A stretch of DNA of 61,645 nucleotides, counting the filler, from Globobulimina sp. (Eukaryota): the NCBI GenBank assembly GCA_003354225.1. It is 18 parts of 18 records of this genome, joined end to end, with 100 filler letters (N's around TTAATTAATTAA, not from the genome) between each part and the next. Parts side by side here need not be neighbours in the genome. Positions count along the whole stretch, not along the records: positions 1 to 3,332 come from PIVH01003054.1; positions 3,433 to 6,764 come from PIVH01003055.1; positions 6,865 to 10,196 come from PIVH01003056.1; positions 10,297 to 13,627 come from PIVH01003057.1; 14 more parts are not named here. One strand, given 5' to 3'. Both the position numbers and the translations under genes were made by a program. Under the pieces are notes generated by a model. The model saw only the letters and a list, made by a program, of their open reading frames with translations. It searched no databases and was not told where the DNA came from. Positions 1-11,881 of the stretch are shown here, piece by piece (position 1 is the stretch's first letter; each line of letters starts with the position of its first letter).

Positions 1-135
1 ATTATCCCTTGACAGGTCCACCATTTATTCAATATATTAGCAGTATAATATATATATTAGTACTAATATGCGTATCTCTTATCGGGAACACTACTGTATT
101 GAATTTGTTTGATTTATCAATATTCTTTATTTTGT

Positions 136-331
136 AAATATTATTAAGAATTTGTGCACATTATAAAACAAAGCAGCGCGCTGCGCGCGCTGCGCCGCAG
201 GGCGGCGCTGCTTTGTGATGGGGGGCTATATTTGATGTAAACTGATATTATTCCATCTGTTTTAATACCAAATACCTCATAAAATGATCTCTTTTCAGTT
301 TTATAATGTGCATAAATTCTTAATAATATTT
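136..331. repeat. Foldback element: 34-bp inverted arms with a GC-rich T-shaped core
   Basis: 136-169 and 298-331 are reverse complements with 1 mismatch. Core 168-216 is ACAAAGCA...TGCTTTGT enclosing two GC hairpins. Confidence 0.85.
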
Positions 332-740
332 TAATGCGAAATTGCGTACTAATTATCCTTGCACTTTGTCTAGAAACGTTTAAAAAGTCATTATTAAGAA
401 AAACAAGATGAGTCTATATATAATTTAATTAAATTAAAAAGAAAAAAAGAGAGAAAAAGCCATAATTCCATAATGAATCCATAAATATAAAAATAAAAAA
501 TAAAAATGAGAAATAATTACAGACATAAAAGGTTCAAATCGAGCAAAAAAGTCATCACAACACAGTCACACAAAAAACGAATATGAATTTACATAATACA
601 AAAAAAAATAGTAAAAATGAGAAAAAAATAATGATAGAAATGTGAAAAAATGCAAGACACCGATAGCCGTTCACAGATACAAAAAGTACCATTATTTTTT
701 TTGTAAATAATTTAAAAAAATTGAAATTCGCATATTTGAT

Positions 741-3332
741 CTAATTTTTATTTTTGACACCGCTATAACTTCCATCCTGTTCTGCCCATTGCCGACATGC
801 ACGTAATATCATCGCCGATATACTGTCATCGTCCAACTTTGCCTTCTCCATAAATTTCACGCGTTGCTGCAAAGTGCAACGTTCGCGCATCTTATCACTG
901 TTATTAATAATCCATGTAATCGAATCATATGCTTTTGGATCTTCCACATATTTCAATGAATGAGAAAATACCGATTCATCGAGTTTGCGATCAAACGTAT
1001 ATCCAATGCCCAAATCTAATAATAATAAATATTGCGGTGTTTCAAAATGCTTTCAAATGACAGCATTTTTATGGTTTGAAACTGCCAAAATGCGGCAGTT
1101 CAAAAGGCATTTAATGTCAAAATGGATTCAGTTTCTTTGTATTATAATATTTTAGTTTGAAACTGAAACTATAATCTCAGTTTCAAACTAAATATTTGCT
1201 TATAACACAAAGCGACGCCGCTTGCGGCGTGGCGAGCGCGCCGCTTTGTGGTATGATCATAGATTTTGTTTGCGCTGAGATTATAGATTCAGTTTCAAAC
1301 TAAAATATTATAATACAAAGAAACTGAATCCATTTTGACATTAAATACCTTTTGAACTGCCGCATTTTGGCAGTTTCAAACCATAAAAATGCTGTCATTT
1401 GAAAGCATTTTGAAACACTGCAATATTTATTATTATTTAATACTGCTACAAACCAATATCAATAACATTCGGGCGCCCAGTAAGATTTGCAATCTTTTCT
1501 TTCTCCACTTCCACATTCTTATTCTCCCTCATCAATTTCAACGTCTCCAATTCCACCGTTTGTCTCAATGTATCCACAGTGGCCGCCAAATTGCCATCCA
1601 TTTTGTTTCCTTTGTCATTTTTTTTTTGTAATTGGTTAATTTTCTTCGATGCCGCATTCATCGTAATGCGTGTAAAATCATCCGGCTGCGCTTTTGATGA
1701 TGATAATAATGTATTGATATTATTTTGCAATTTATTAAACAACACGTTTAAATGGTGGGTCTTATCCTCCTGGTGCCCACAGCCAGCTGCCAATTTCTTA
1801 AACACGCGTTCGGACATCATTTTGTTAATGGGATCATATGCAATGATATCCAATTTGTCGCGTAACACATTAAATATTTGCGCAATCCTTTGATGTACGG
1901 CTGCGCTGCGGAGTCCATCCGGAATAAACGATACTCTATATTCATGCGCCTGCTCAAATACTAACGACGCAGCGACCAACCAATGTATCAAAAACTGCAT
2001 TATCTCAGTGGGAATGCGGTAGGACACGATTTTCTCCTTCCCACCCTGCGCTTTCAACAAAGCCATTCTCTTTGCGTACCATTTTTCTAAGACGCGTTGC
2101 ATGCTATGCGGTTGCCTGACAATACGCACCAAATCTTCGATTCTGTCCCCGCCAGCGCCGCCTCCCAAAACTATCTCTTTCTCTTCATCGAACTCGCTCT
2201 CTGCTGCCTCATTAGGATCAAATACAAATGCTGCTTCGCGATGGGCGTCATATCGATGTTGCGCACGTGGACGAGATGGCTTGGATGAACCTGTATAGGA
2301 TAGTATATTATAGGATAGTATTAGTATAGGATTGTATAGGATAGGATTGGAGACATTATTACATTTTTTAGATTCATACGGCGCCAAAACGAGATGGGAT
2401 TTGGATGGATTTTAAATGGGATTATTCATTTTTATGAGATAGAAATCAGTTTCAAACTGGGCAAAGATTCTAGTTTCAAACTATGATAAAGACATAGTTT
2501 GAAACTGAAACAATAAAATCAGTTTAAACTAGAATCTTTGCCCAGTTTTAAACTGATTTCTATACCATAAAAATGAATAATTCCATTTAAAATCCATCCA
2601 AATCCCATCTCGTTTTGGCGCCGTATGAATCTAAAAAATGTAATAATGTCTTTATGTTTGGCGGTTTCAAACCTGGATTGCGAGTACGCGGCGCCCGAGA
2701 AACACCGCTAATAATTGATAAATTGCATAATTTCTCCACTTCTTCAATGCTTTTCCATCCATCAAAGGTTTGCTTCTTTAATATGTTCCATTTTATTTTC
2801 TTCTTCTTCAAATACGCGGTCACCACACCTTTCGCCGGATTCGTCATCTTTTCTCTCGAATAAATCATACGCGTATAAAAATTATCGTGTCGCACCTGCT
2901 TTTTGTACGCCAATAATATGTTAAATCGCTCGTCGTCGACATCGAGTTTAATTTCCTCGAAATCGGGCACCTTCGCCAGTTGATTTTTTGTGGCAATGCG
3001 CCGATACCCATACAACGCAAAATCTTGCTTAATACCGCGGGTTGGATCGATCTCCATTTCCCGTATTCTTCCGCCATGTCGGTCGCCGTGTTTTAAAGGC
3101 GGGATATTCCTGTTGTTGCTATTGGCGATATGCGAATTGTCGTCGCTCCAATTAAATCCATAAAATCGTTTCTTTTTTTTTCTTCGTTTTCTTTGCGGCA
3201 AACTGGGCCATGGCACAGTAATATCATTTAATACATCATCGTCGTCACTAAAATTCATATGATCCGCGGAAATGGATGGTTTCGGCGCAGGTTTCGGTGC
3301 TGTTGCTTTTGGGGATGGACTGGTTTGCTGCG
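741..3332 (-). CDS. Hypothetical protein, 5'-truncated, 3 exons (3332-2673, 2290-1454, 1015-741)
   Basis: Three ORF-track pieces join in frame through GT-AG introns 2672-2291 (CCAG/GTTTGA...TACAG/GT) and 1453-1016 (ATTG/GTTTGT...TTAG/AT), both phase 1. The frame is open to the contig end. Confidence 0.75.
1018..1437. repeat. Intronic long inverted repeat (about 163-bp arms) with GC-rich double-hairpin core
   Basis: 1018-1180 versus 1275-1437 are reverse complements with about 3 mismatches. Core at 1206-1250. Confidence 0.95.
2351..2651. repeat. Intronic long inverted repeat (about 130-bp arms)
   Basis: 2351-2481 versus 2521-2651 are reverse complements with a few mismatches. Nested AGTTTCAAACTATG/CATAGTTTGAAACT hairpin at the centre. 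Confidence 0.95.
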
Positions 3333-3432
3333 NNNNNNNNNNNNNNNNNNNNNNNNNNNNNNNNNNNNNNNNNNNNTTAATTAATTAANNNNNNNNNNNN
3401 NNNNNNNNNNNNNNNNNNNNNNNNNNNNNNNN
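3333..3432. other. Artificial 100-nt contig linker (first of 17)
   Basis: 44 N + TTAATTAATTAA (stops in all six frames) + 44 N. It recurs at 6765, 10197, 13628, 17059, 20490, 23920, 27350, 30780, 34210, 37640, 41070, 44500, 47930, 51359, 54788 and 58217. Contig lengths fall steadily from 3332 to 3329 nt. Confidence 0.99.
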
Positions 3433-3726
3433 TATTCAATATATATTTGAAATTTATGGAAATTTCCACTTGTATAAGGCGTATTATATACACACGAACG
3501 TGCTTTAATATTTGGTCCATCAGTGTGGTTTTTCCATGATCTACGTGTGCTACAATAGCTACGTTGCGTATATCATTGCGGTATTAGGTAAAGCAGCGAC
3601 GTGTCAGATCACTCGGCTTTGTTCCACAAAAAGAGAAACACTTTCGTACTATGTGAAGCTGATGATTTGGTAACATGATGTTTCTGTAAACTAGCTCAGA
3701 AAAAACAATCAACCTCACTCCTCACT

Positions 3727-5005
3727 ATGGCAAACATCTCAGACCAGCCGCAAATTGAGCCAATGTGGGTGATTGCGATGCTATTTTGTGGCGCTGTTGG
3801 TGTCGCCATACATTTATTAATTATTTTCAAAATGATTCCTCACTTGAGGTCGAATCCCGCAGTCAAAGGAAAAGGCATTGTATGGATAAGCGGTTGTATG
3901 ATAATTTTTGTATTAAATGGCTTAGCGTGTGCAATTTGGCTACTATTCCGGACCAATTTAGTAATAAATTTAACAATAGCTTCCTGTCAATTTATTTATG
4001 TTTCCAACTTCGTCTGTTATTTTGTAGCCAAATATGTTTTGCACTGCTTACTAATCGGTCGAATATATTTAACCTTCGTCAACACGCCGTATCGAATGCA
4101 TTTAATGACGTTTGCACTCTTCGTTTCTGTTCTATCGCTTCATTTTTTGGTATCAACATCAATTTGGGTCTATGAAGTCACTCCGCATATTTTGAAAGGT
4201 ATTTTTCCCATAAATATAAGCTACAAAAACTAAATACTTATCCTTGTCACCAGGCACCTGGATGCAATATGAAATTTGTACATTATTCAGTAATGAAGTA
4301 CGGCAAACTTCTCTCGTCAAAGCCTGCGCGATCTCGATTGGTGTGGAAGATTTTGTGGTTGGCTCTATGACAATGTATATCTTATTAAAGCGGTTGAGAG
4401 TGATTGTTGGCGGCACGCATGATTATGATTTGTCGTTGAAATCCATTCGTTATGGGATTGTGGGTGGCACTGCAATGATATCGACATTATTTCTTTTTAC
4501 TTTGGCCATACCATTCTGGCCAAATGTTACCTTTATTATAGCCATTGATGCAGTGGTTAATAGTTTATGCATATTTTGCGTATTAACCATTGGCCATCGC
4601 ACCTATTATTATTTATGCTTTCCCTTTCGGATTCTGTTCGAATCTGAGTATATTAAACAGAACGATACGCAAATCTCAAACTCCAATATTGTTATGATTA
4701 TACATAAACAGTTAACTCCGATTCCACCTGAAAAAAAGCACGAATCTACATTTGGACTCAACAATGCGACTGTTGCCACCGCAGTGGATACGAATATTAG
4801 TAAAGAGAATTTTGCTGCGGTCGCATCATTGTTATTTGCCACTGCACCAAAAACGGCAAAAACAAATAAATTGGCATTGAGAAAGAGTATGAGTGCAATG
4901 AAAAAGAGAGTCAATAAATATTCGCCTGTGCAAGACATGAACGCACCATCTAGCAATTTAAAATTAAGTGTTTCAAGTTCTGCACCTGTACCAAAGCGTA
5001 TATAA
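3727..5005 (+). CDS. Multi-pass (about 7TM) GPCR-like membrane protein, intron 4199-4253
   Basis: ORFs 3727-4233 and 4244-5005 join in phase 1 across a 55-nt GT-AG intron. About 7 hydrophobic segments, with IDAVVNSLCI in the last helix. Confidence 0.75.
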
Positions 5006-5209
5006 AGCATTTTAATCAAAATTTGTATAATAAAATAAATATTATTTTGTGTGTGGCATGTTTATTTTTGAATATATCAACTATTTTTATTTGTGTTTGT
5101 CATGTTTTTCAATTTGTATACTTTTAATTTTGTTTTCCAACTGTTTCTCAACTGTTTTCGCTTGTTTTTCAACTGTGAATAACAATAAAAAAAGCTCTAA
5201 CAATTAATC

Positions 5210-6294
5210 ATGGTGGATGTGATAGCAGTGTTTATTCACTTAATAACAGATATAATGGCAATATCGGTCCTATTGTTCATCATATATAACTGCAAAAAAA
5301 AATCAACTGATCCAAATGCGGCTTTCCACAAATCGATCATTCAATGTACAAACGCAACAATTACATTCTTCTCATTAAACCTTATAATCGCAGTGATAGC
5401 ATCCTTATTCGTGGTAATACACACTTACAAAGGAGAGACAGACCGAACACCGCCATTGCGTATCATAGCTGGCTTTCTTTGGTGTGTTGGACAAAGTATG
5501 TTGTACTGTATATTATTTTTGTTTATATTTGCAATATAATCAAGTAAACATTTTCAAATAATCCCAACTGTACATGTACAGTTTCGATGTTGATGGTATT
5601 TACAATGAGAGTGGAATTTGCCTTTAAAGGCACCATTTATTGTTATTCTAGCAAAACATTAAAAATATTAAAATATTGCATGGTTTACATTATTGTATCC
5701 TGCGTTTTTCTCAATATTGTTGTATTCGTTGTTGTTTTAGGAAAAGTAGAAAGTCTGATGAATGTTGCTTTTATTTTCGTTATGTTTTGGGGTTTCTCCG
5801 TGTTGCTGTTTTCAATAACATTGATGTTTCTGTTTTTGCGAAAATTGAACCAGGTTCAAAACGACATCCGTGTCATCGAAAGAGAAGATTCTAAATCGAC
5901 ATCATTTTCAAGTATGACTCGAGAAAACAGAAAGTTTGTGAAGGAATTGAATAAAGTTTCATTAAAATATACAATATTGTCAAGCACATCCATTGTTACA
6001 TCGTTTATAGCAATCGTACTATTTCTAATGTTGGGAGTTACGGGATTTACTCGATATATATTACTGTTTCCATCGATTGATAGTTTTATTAACATCATTT
6101 GTATGTATTTGACATTCAGTCATCATTACATTTATAATAAATTATGTATTCATTGTGAACAGTGTTGTTATTTTATATGTGCACGTTTTCAATGCTGTGT
6201 CATGACAGATGAGAATGAACAACAATTAGGGGAAACTATACAAAATGAGCAGGTAATTCAGGTTGAATTAGCAGAGGAAACACAAAATGTATAA
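5210..6294 (+). CDS. Multi-pass (about 7TM) GPCR-like membrane protein, intron 5508-5581
   Basis: In-frame joining across a 74-nt GT-AG intron. IDSFINIICMYL and Y..LC..C motifs are shared with neighbouring paralogues. Confidence 0.75.
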
Positions 6295-7163
6295 ATATGT
6301 AATATTATTTCGAGCATGGATTATTTCTTGTAATATAATAGTTGAATCACTGCGAATTAAAAGCTTAGAATTCGGAGTTTTATTTATTTGAGAATACTAT
6401 TTCTTTATTATTTCTATTTAATATTATCTGTTAATAATATTAACTTTTCCCGTTTGTTTATTTTGCTGTAACTGACCCTTAAATATTATTAAATTAAATT
6501 TACTTTCTTTCATATGTATTCCTTGCACCTTTTTCTGTTCTAATTATAACCAGACAAAACGTTTTTTGTTTACATCTGAGCTTTTAAATTCGCATAAAAA
6601 TATTTTGTGTTCATTTTTTCACACATCAGACTTTACTATTTTTAATGATGATATCATACGATTTTGTGATTTTTTTACGGACAGCTTATAAATAAATCTT
6701 TTTGTTCGCATAGGATTTGAAAATGCGGATAAGATAAATGAAACATGTTAAGATAGATTTATGTNNNNNNNNNNNNNNNNNNNNNNNNNNNNNNNNNNNN
6801 NNNNNNNNTTAATTAATTAANNNNNNNNNNNNNNNNNNNNNNNNNNNNNNNNNNNNNNNNNNNNTGTGATAACTATGGAAATTTATGTGTGTAATATAGA
6901 TTGGCCTTGGAAAAATATGAAATGGTGGAGTAGGAATAAGGGAGTCTTCACATTCCGAACAAAATTGCTCATTTTTGAAATATTCAGAAATTCTGGTTTT
7001 ATGAAAATAAATAAACCCTAATGTTTGTTACAGTTATATTAGTAACAAAAAATTCCAAAAGAATGCATCAAAAACGAATAAAAACGATCACATAGAAGTA
7101 TTTTGCGCAAATAAAAAACGCGATGTTTTATTATCATCATTAAATAAAGCAAGAAAGGAAAAA

Positions 7164-7943
7164 ATGAATCTTTCAATATATGATATTGTAATACATGAAC
7201 CAAAGAATTATGGCAATTCAGAGATTGTGGTTGCTAATACTTTACGTTCTGGAAATATTTTCAAAATTAAAGGAACATTGAAAACAATCGGATTTAAATG
7301 GAATGCAAAACATTATGAATGGACTATGAAAAAACAATGTTTTATTGGTGATTACGATATATATATTGGTGCGATGTTAAAACAAATCTGCCAAACAAAC
7401 AAATTGACGCTCTCTGTTTTTGATTTTAATTACACGCGAAACAAACAACGTATATTAACCGACGCAATTAACATATTCATTCATTACAATCCACAAATAA
7501 ATGAGATTTATGTTGAAACAAATATTGATGAAGAACAACTGATAAATCTTCTCGATAAGAATGGTTATGAATTGTTAGGTTATGGCTCGAATGGAATCAA
7601 TACTTATCATAAAAAAGGAACACTTTACAATGGACATATCGAGACATGGAGGGAATATGTTGTATTTATTAATAATGAGTGGATATTAGGTTATATTCCG
7701 GATAACATCGCATCTACACCGAATTGCATAAATTGTGATACAAAACTGACGTTGCATAAAGTTAAAAAACCCGGAAAGAATAAAGATCGTAGATTTTATA
7801 ATTGTGATCAATGTTATTATCATACAAAAAACAGAAATAAACGAAAGTACTCATTTATTTGGGCCGATGGAGACAATGAAAAACCAAGTGAACTTTTCAT
7901 CGATCAACAACTGACTCAACCACTCAGTCAAATGTTAATTTAA
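7164..7943 (+). CDS. GRF-type zinc-finger protein
   Basis: C-terminal CINC...VKKPGKNKDRRFYNCDQC...FIWAD matches the zf-GRF pattern. Small N-terminal domain NIFKIKGTLKTIGFKWN. Confidence 0.65.
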   Translation: MNLSIYDIVIHEPKNYGNSEIVVANTLRSGNIFKIKGTLKTIGFKWNAKHYEWTMKKQCFIGDYDIYIGAMLKQICQTNKLTLSVFDFNYTRNKQRILTDAINIFIHYNPQINEIYVETNIDEEQLINLLDKNGYELLGYGSNGINTYHKKGTLYNGHIETWREYVVFINNEWILGYIPDNIASTPNCINCDTKLTLHKVKKPGKNKDRRFYNCDQCYYHTKNRNKRKYSFIWADGDNEKPSELFIDQQLTQPLSQMLI

Positions 7944-9115
7944 TTATGCATAGACACTTTCAAATATCTATTTTCTGCAATTGTTGCAACATATTTTTCA
8001 TTTTCAACCGTCGCAATATATCCTACAACAACACCACTACCATTCCAGATTAATTGTATTGATGGTTGAGTTATTAAACATGTCCCATCGAGTGGTGTCG
8101 CAGTATATTGTTGAATAACATTCACATTATCACTATATACATTATTCGGATTTGCTTTCATATATGCTTTCTGTGCATAATATACACTCATTGCCATTTC
8201 ACGAATGGGCCACTCATCATAGTAAACAATATTTGTTGGAGCATTTGTTGGATCTGTTTCTGCGCTGAACTGGATAATCCCCCATCGATCAGGTTGATGC
8301 ATATCAATTACGCCTTGAGTCGACCAAACCCAATTATCCTCTGCAATTCCTTCAATTTTTTCATATCCATAACCATGTTTACTGTGACTTGCAGTTGAAT
8401 TATCATTGACTAATACATGCCATTCGACTCTCGAAAAATTAATGCGCCAAAATGTGCCATTTGTAGAGCCTGGAATTATTTGTGTTTGATTGTATAATAA
8501 ACCTGAAATTGGCATTTTTACTTCAACGCTCCAGTAAAAACCAGCATTGGTTGGATTATTTAACTCACCGTCAATATATGTGCCACATTGCAATGGTGGT
8601 ACCATTGTCCATCCATTTTTGCCAAATACCCGCGTGCTGTTTTCATAGCCACCATCAGAATATGGCGCATTCAGACAAAGATTCCATGTGTTGTTGTTTG
8701 CATTCATTTCATACTCTTTATAGTAATGATTACTGGCATCTGCGTCGACAAATATTTCAAAGTCGTTGTCATGAAATATCACAGTTTCATCTGCGGTCAG
8801 ATTTGCCCATATTTGGGGTTCATACATTTGCGCCCCAACATATAACCAATCTGCATCCCATCTCATCTTCATTTGTGTATTAAATCGAGGTATTGCCAGG
8901 TTTGCAATGTCAACAAACAAATCAGAAAAGGCAACGTCTGTCCAGGCTTTGTCTGTCAATCTACCATCACTTATGTCAGGTTGCTCATTTGCAGCTAATT
9001 TATATGCAACGTATTGTTTTGGATATGTCGCATTGAACCAACAATCAAAGTCTTTGAAATGAGGCTTTGATTCGACAATGATGGAGAAACTGATCCAAAT
9101 CAAACATAAGTCCAT
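7940..9115 (-). CDS. Secreted carbohydrate-binding family 9-like (DOMON-like) protein
   Basis: Signal peptide. Motifs DGRLTDKAW, MRWDADWLYVGA, IFHDNDFEIFVD, YYKEYEMNA, WRINFSRVEW and NWVWS.QG.IDMH.P.RWG. No intron. Confidence 0.8.
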   Translation of the reverse strand: MDLCLIWISFSIIVESKPHFKDFDCWFNATYPKQYVAYKLAANEQPDISDGRLTDKAWTDVAFSDLFVDIANLAIPRFNTQMKMRWDADWLYVGAQMYEPQIWANLTADETVIFHDNDFEIFVDADASNHYYKEYEMNANNNTWNLCLNAPYSDGGYENSTRVFGKNGWTMVPPLQCGTYIDGELNNPTNAGFYWSVEVKMPISGLLYNQTQIIPGSTNGTFWRINFSRVEWHVLVNDNSTASHSKHGYGYEKIEGIAEDNWVWSTQGVIDMHQPDRWGIIQFSAETDPTNAPTNIVYYDEWPIREMAMSVYYAQKAYMKANPNNVYSDNVNVIQQYTATPLDGTCLITQPSIQLIWNGSGVVVGYIATVENEKYVATIAENRYLKVSMHN

Positions 9116-9442
9116 AACCACGTTATGTCGTCATTGTAAATTAATGTTTTTAGAGTACAAGTTTTTTATCAAGAATTTCATAATTTCATTTTCTACCAAA
9201 CGATAATACATAAGACAGGATTTACAACTAATACTTTGTGACAACAAACAATAAATTTGACAAAAGTTGTTTCAAAATAATAAACCAAAACAAACTACAG
9301 TGCAGGCAACAAACAAACAAAAATATAAAAAGAGAACGAGTCAATAATAGTAATAAAAAAAAAGAATCAACAAAAAATCAGATCTAAATCTTGATATTTT
9401 GATTTGTTTACAGACAAAAATGTTTTTTAAAATATTTAAATT

Positions 9443-10196
9443 TCACCATCCGCCGCCAACATCGCCCACCGGTCCACCACCCATCGCCGCATTACCTCCT
9501 CCCGCCTTCGCCTCTTGTTCCAACTCCCACGCCGACTTCCATTTATTTGCGGTTGTATGAGTCGCCACATTCCCGCCACCTCCGCCCATCTCGACATTCG
9601 CATCCTGATTCATAGAAGGCGGTAAGGGCCGGTTATTCTGTCTGCGTTTATACCACACTGCGCCCAACACCCAATACACAATAAACACAATAACGATCAC
9701 CAATAACAATATAAACACAACTATACAAACAACAAAATGTGTACAGCGCACAGTGCAAGGATGTAATTAAAAACATACGTGAATTGCAAGCGACCCACGT
9801 GTCATAACAGTCGGGATTGCCTCCAAACGCATCGCTAAGTTTCTCCCCAAAGCTGCGTGACTGCGTAGGCGAATGCGTCGGCCGTGCCGTAGTGGGTTGC
9901 GGCGTCGGTCCGGGCAAAGGATCCATGGTAGGATCGGTCGTGGGAGACCTCGAAGGATGGTCAGTCGGTGCCCGCGTAGGCGATGCTGACGGCACCGGCG
10001 ATTTCGTAGGATTTAATACCGGTGATTTTGTCGGCGGAGAGGAGGGCATTTGGGTCGGCGCTGCAGTGGGTCTATGTGTATTAAGTGTGTATCTCACTGC
10101 ATATTGAATGGTATCGTATGCCTCTGTTGCAATACCGCCACCAGTCACTAATACAATGGTCCCTGCATCATCCAAATAGCCGTCATTCACAAATTC
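9443..10196 (-). CDS. Single-pass membrane protein with Pro/Thr repeats, 5'-truncated, intron 9778-9721
   Basis: PT-repeat stalk joins the TM-helix exon in phase 1 through a 58-nt GT-AG intron. Confidence 0.7.
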
Positions 10197-10562
10197 NNNN
10201 NNNNNNNNNNNNNNNNNNNNNNNNNNNNNNNNNNNNNNNNTTAATTAATTAANNNNNNNNNNNNNNNNNNNNNNNNNNNNNNNNNNNNNNNNNNNNTTTT
10301 GAGATGATCAAACGATCATTACTGTCCCAACCCCTAAAATAGACATAACACATTATACATTGGATTTCAATACCTTTGAATGCCTTTGATATTGGATATT
10401 GTGGGTTATATCTACAAAAAAACTTGAATTGCTTTGTGCGTCAGCGGAGTCGGCTGGTTTTGAGACCAGCCTAACGGCATACTTCAAATGTAAATGTAAC
10501 GGCATAATGATGTGATAATAATTACTGAATTATGATCTATATTATAAGTCAACCAATCTCAG

Positions 10563-10768
10563 TCAGTTATGGCTGGTCCAATCTGTACCGTAGTCTAAGG
10601 AAATGCTGAGTTTGCTCATTTGAAATCAGTTATGGCTACCATAGTCGAAAGAAATGTTGAGTTTGCTCATTTGAAATCAGTTATGGCTGGTCCAATATGT
10701 ACCGCAATCTAAGGAAATGTTGAGTTTTGCTCATTTCAAATCAGTTATGGGTGGTCCAATCTGTACCG
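10563..10768. repeat. Tandem repeat, about 63-bp unit, about 3.5 copies
   Basis: TCAGTTATGG... units start at 10563, 10626 (internally deleted), 10677 and 10741. Confidence 0.9.
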
Positions 10769-10838
10769 GTTTATTATTTATGTCTTGTCAAAACATATAT
10801 TTTTGGATAGCTTTTTTTTGGATTTTCAATTGAGGTCA

Positions 10839-10962
10839 TTCAAACTAAAATAAAATAAAAAATAAAAAAAGTGTGCCAATGGTAAATATGCATAAAATGT
10901 GCATGTTCAGTACAATGTTTACCATTGGCACACTTTTTTATTTTTTTTTATTTTAGTTTGAA
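10839..10962. repeat. Inverted repeat, about 50-bp arms (MITE-like)
   Basis: TTCAAACTAAAATAAAA...GTGTGCCAATGGTAAA paired with TTTACCATTGGCACAC...TTTTAGTTTGAA. Confidence 0.85.
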
Positions 10963-11269
10963 GATCATCAATTATAATGTGACAATAGATTATAATTATA
11001 AAGAATTAAAGTTTGATGTTAGGTAGAGAAGTGTGATGTTAGATTAAGAAATACTGACAAATGTCAGAGTCTCTCTAATCTGCAGTAATGGCACATCCAA
11101 TAAAACAACACGTCAACAGGATCCATGATGTCAAATGTTTTGAAGCAAGTTTTTTTTCAAATGAGAGGAAATTATATAAAACAACAAAATATTACACAAC
11201 GAATGCGATACGATAAATATAGACTTAATCGCACACAACATATCATATCAACACTCAATTATGCTGTTA

Positions 11270-11470
11270 AGTGTTGATATTTTGTGATTAATTGTGCTGA
11301 AATCAATGCAGTTTAATCACAATAATAGAATATGAATTATGGACCCTCATGCTCAGTGTTGATATTTTGTGATTTATTGTGTTGAAATCAATGCAGTTTA
11401 ATCACAGTAATAGAATATGTAATTATTTGCCCTGAGTTGCCGTGAGTGTGGATATTTTGTGATAAATTGT
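11270..11470. repeat. Tandem repeat, about 85-95-bp unit, about 2.3 copies
   Basis: GTGTTGATATTTTGTGAT..ATTGTG.TGAAATCAATGCAGTTTAATCACA repeated. Confidence 0.8.
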
Positions 11471-11881
11471 TTTGGATCCGAAGCAATTGAATATGGCAGT
11501 TTAAAGCGTGCCCTGAAAGTGTTAAAGAAAATAATTACAGTGCATTCAACCAGGTGGTTACACAGAATTGATGACAAACATTCGTTTAAGAAAGCTTTAG
11601 AAATTATTTCACTGTTGGAGGAAGCGACTCAAACCACAAGCATTGCCATCGGAAACATAGAAGACAAAAAAATATATTATTATTGGATGGATACAGATGA
11701 AGAACAATAAATGTGTAAATAATGTTAAATGTAGTGTTGTTCGTTTAACTAAAAATACAATGTCAAAACTAATATCCAAATCATATCTATGATATACTTA
11801 ATAACAATGGACAGACATTTGAATCAACATTGTGGACAATTATTTAAGTAATGAGAAATATGCAGTCATTTGTCAAAGATA

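Noticed and set aside
2291-2863. Duplicate MAPYESKKCNNV starts in ORFs 1446-2387 (-) and 2615-2863 (+)
   Set aside because: These come from translating the two arms of the intronic inverted repeat and are not real N-termini.
3377-3388. Regularly spaced TTAATTAATTAA as a biological repeat
   Set aside because: It is always centred in exactly 88 Ns, so it is a synthetic six-frame-stop linker.
11459-11710. 83-aa ORF in contig 4
   Set aside because: It begins inside a tandem repeat with a non-ATG start. It may be an exon remnant, but I cannot support it.
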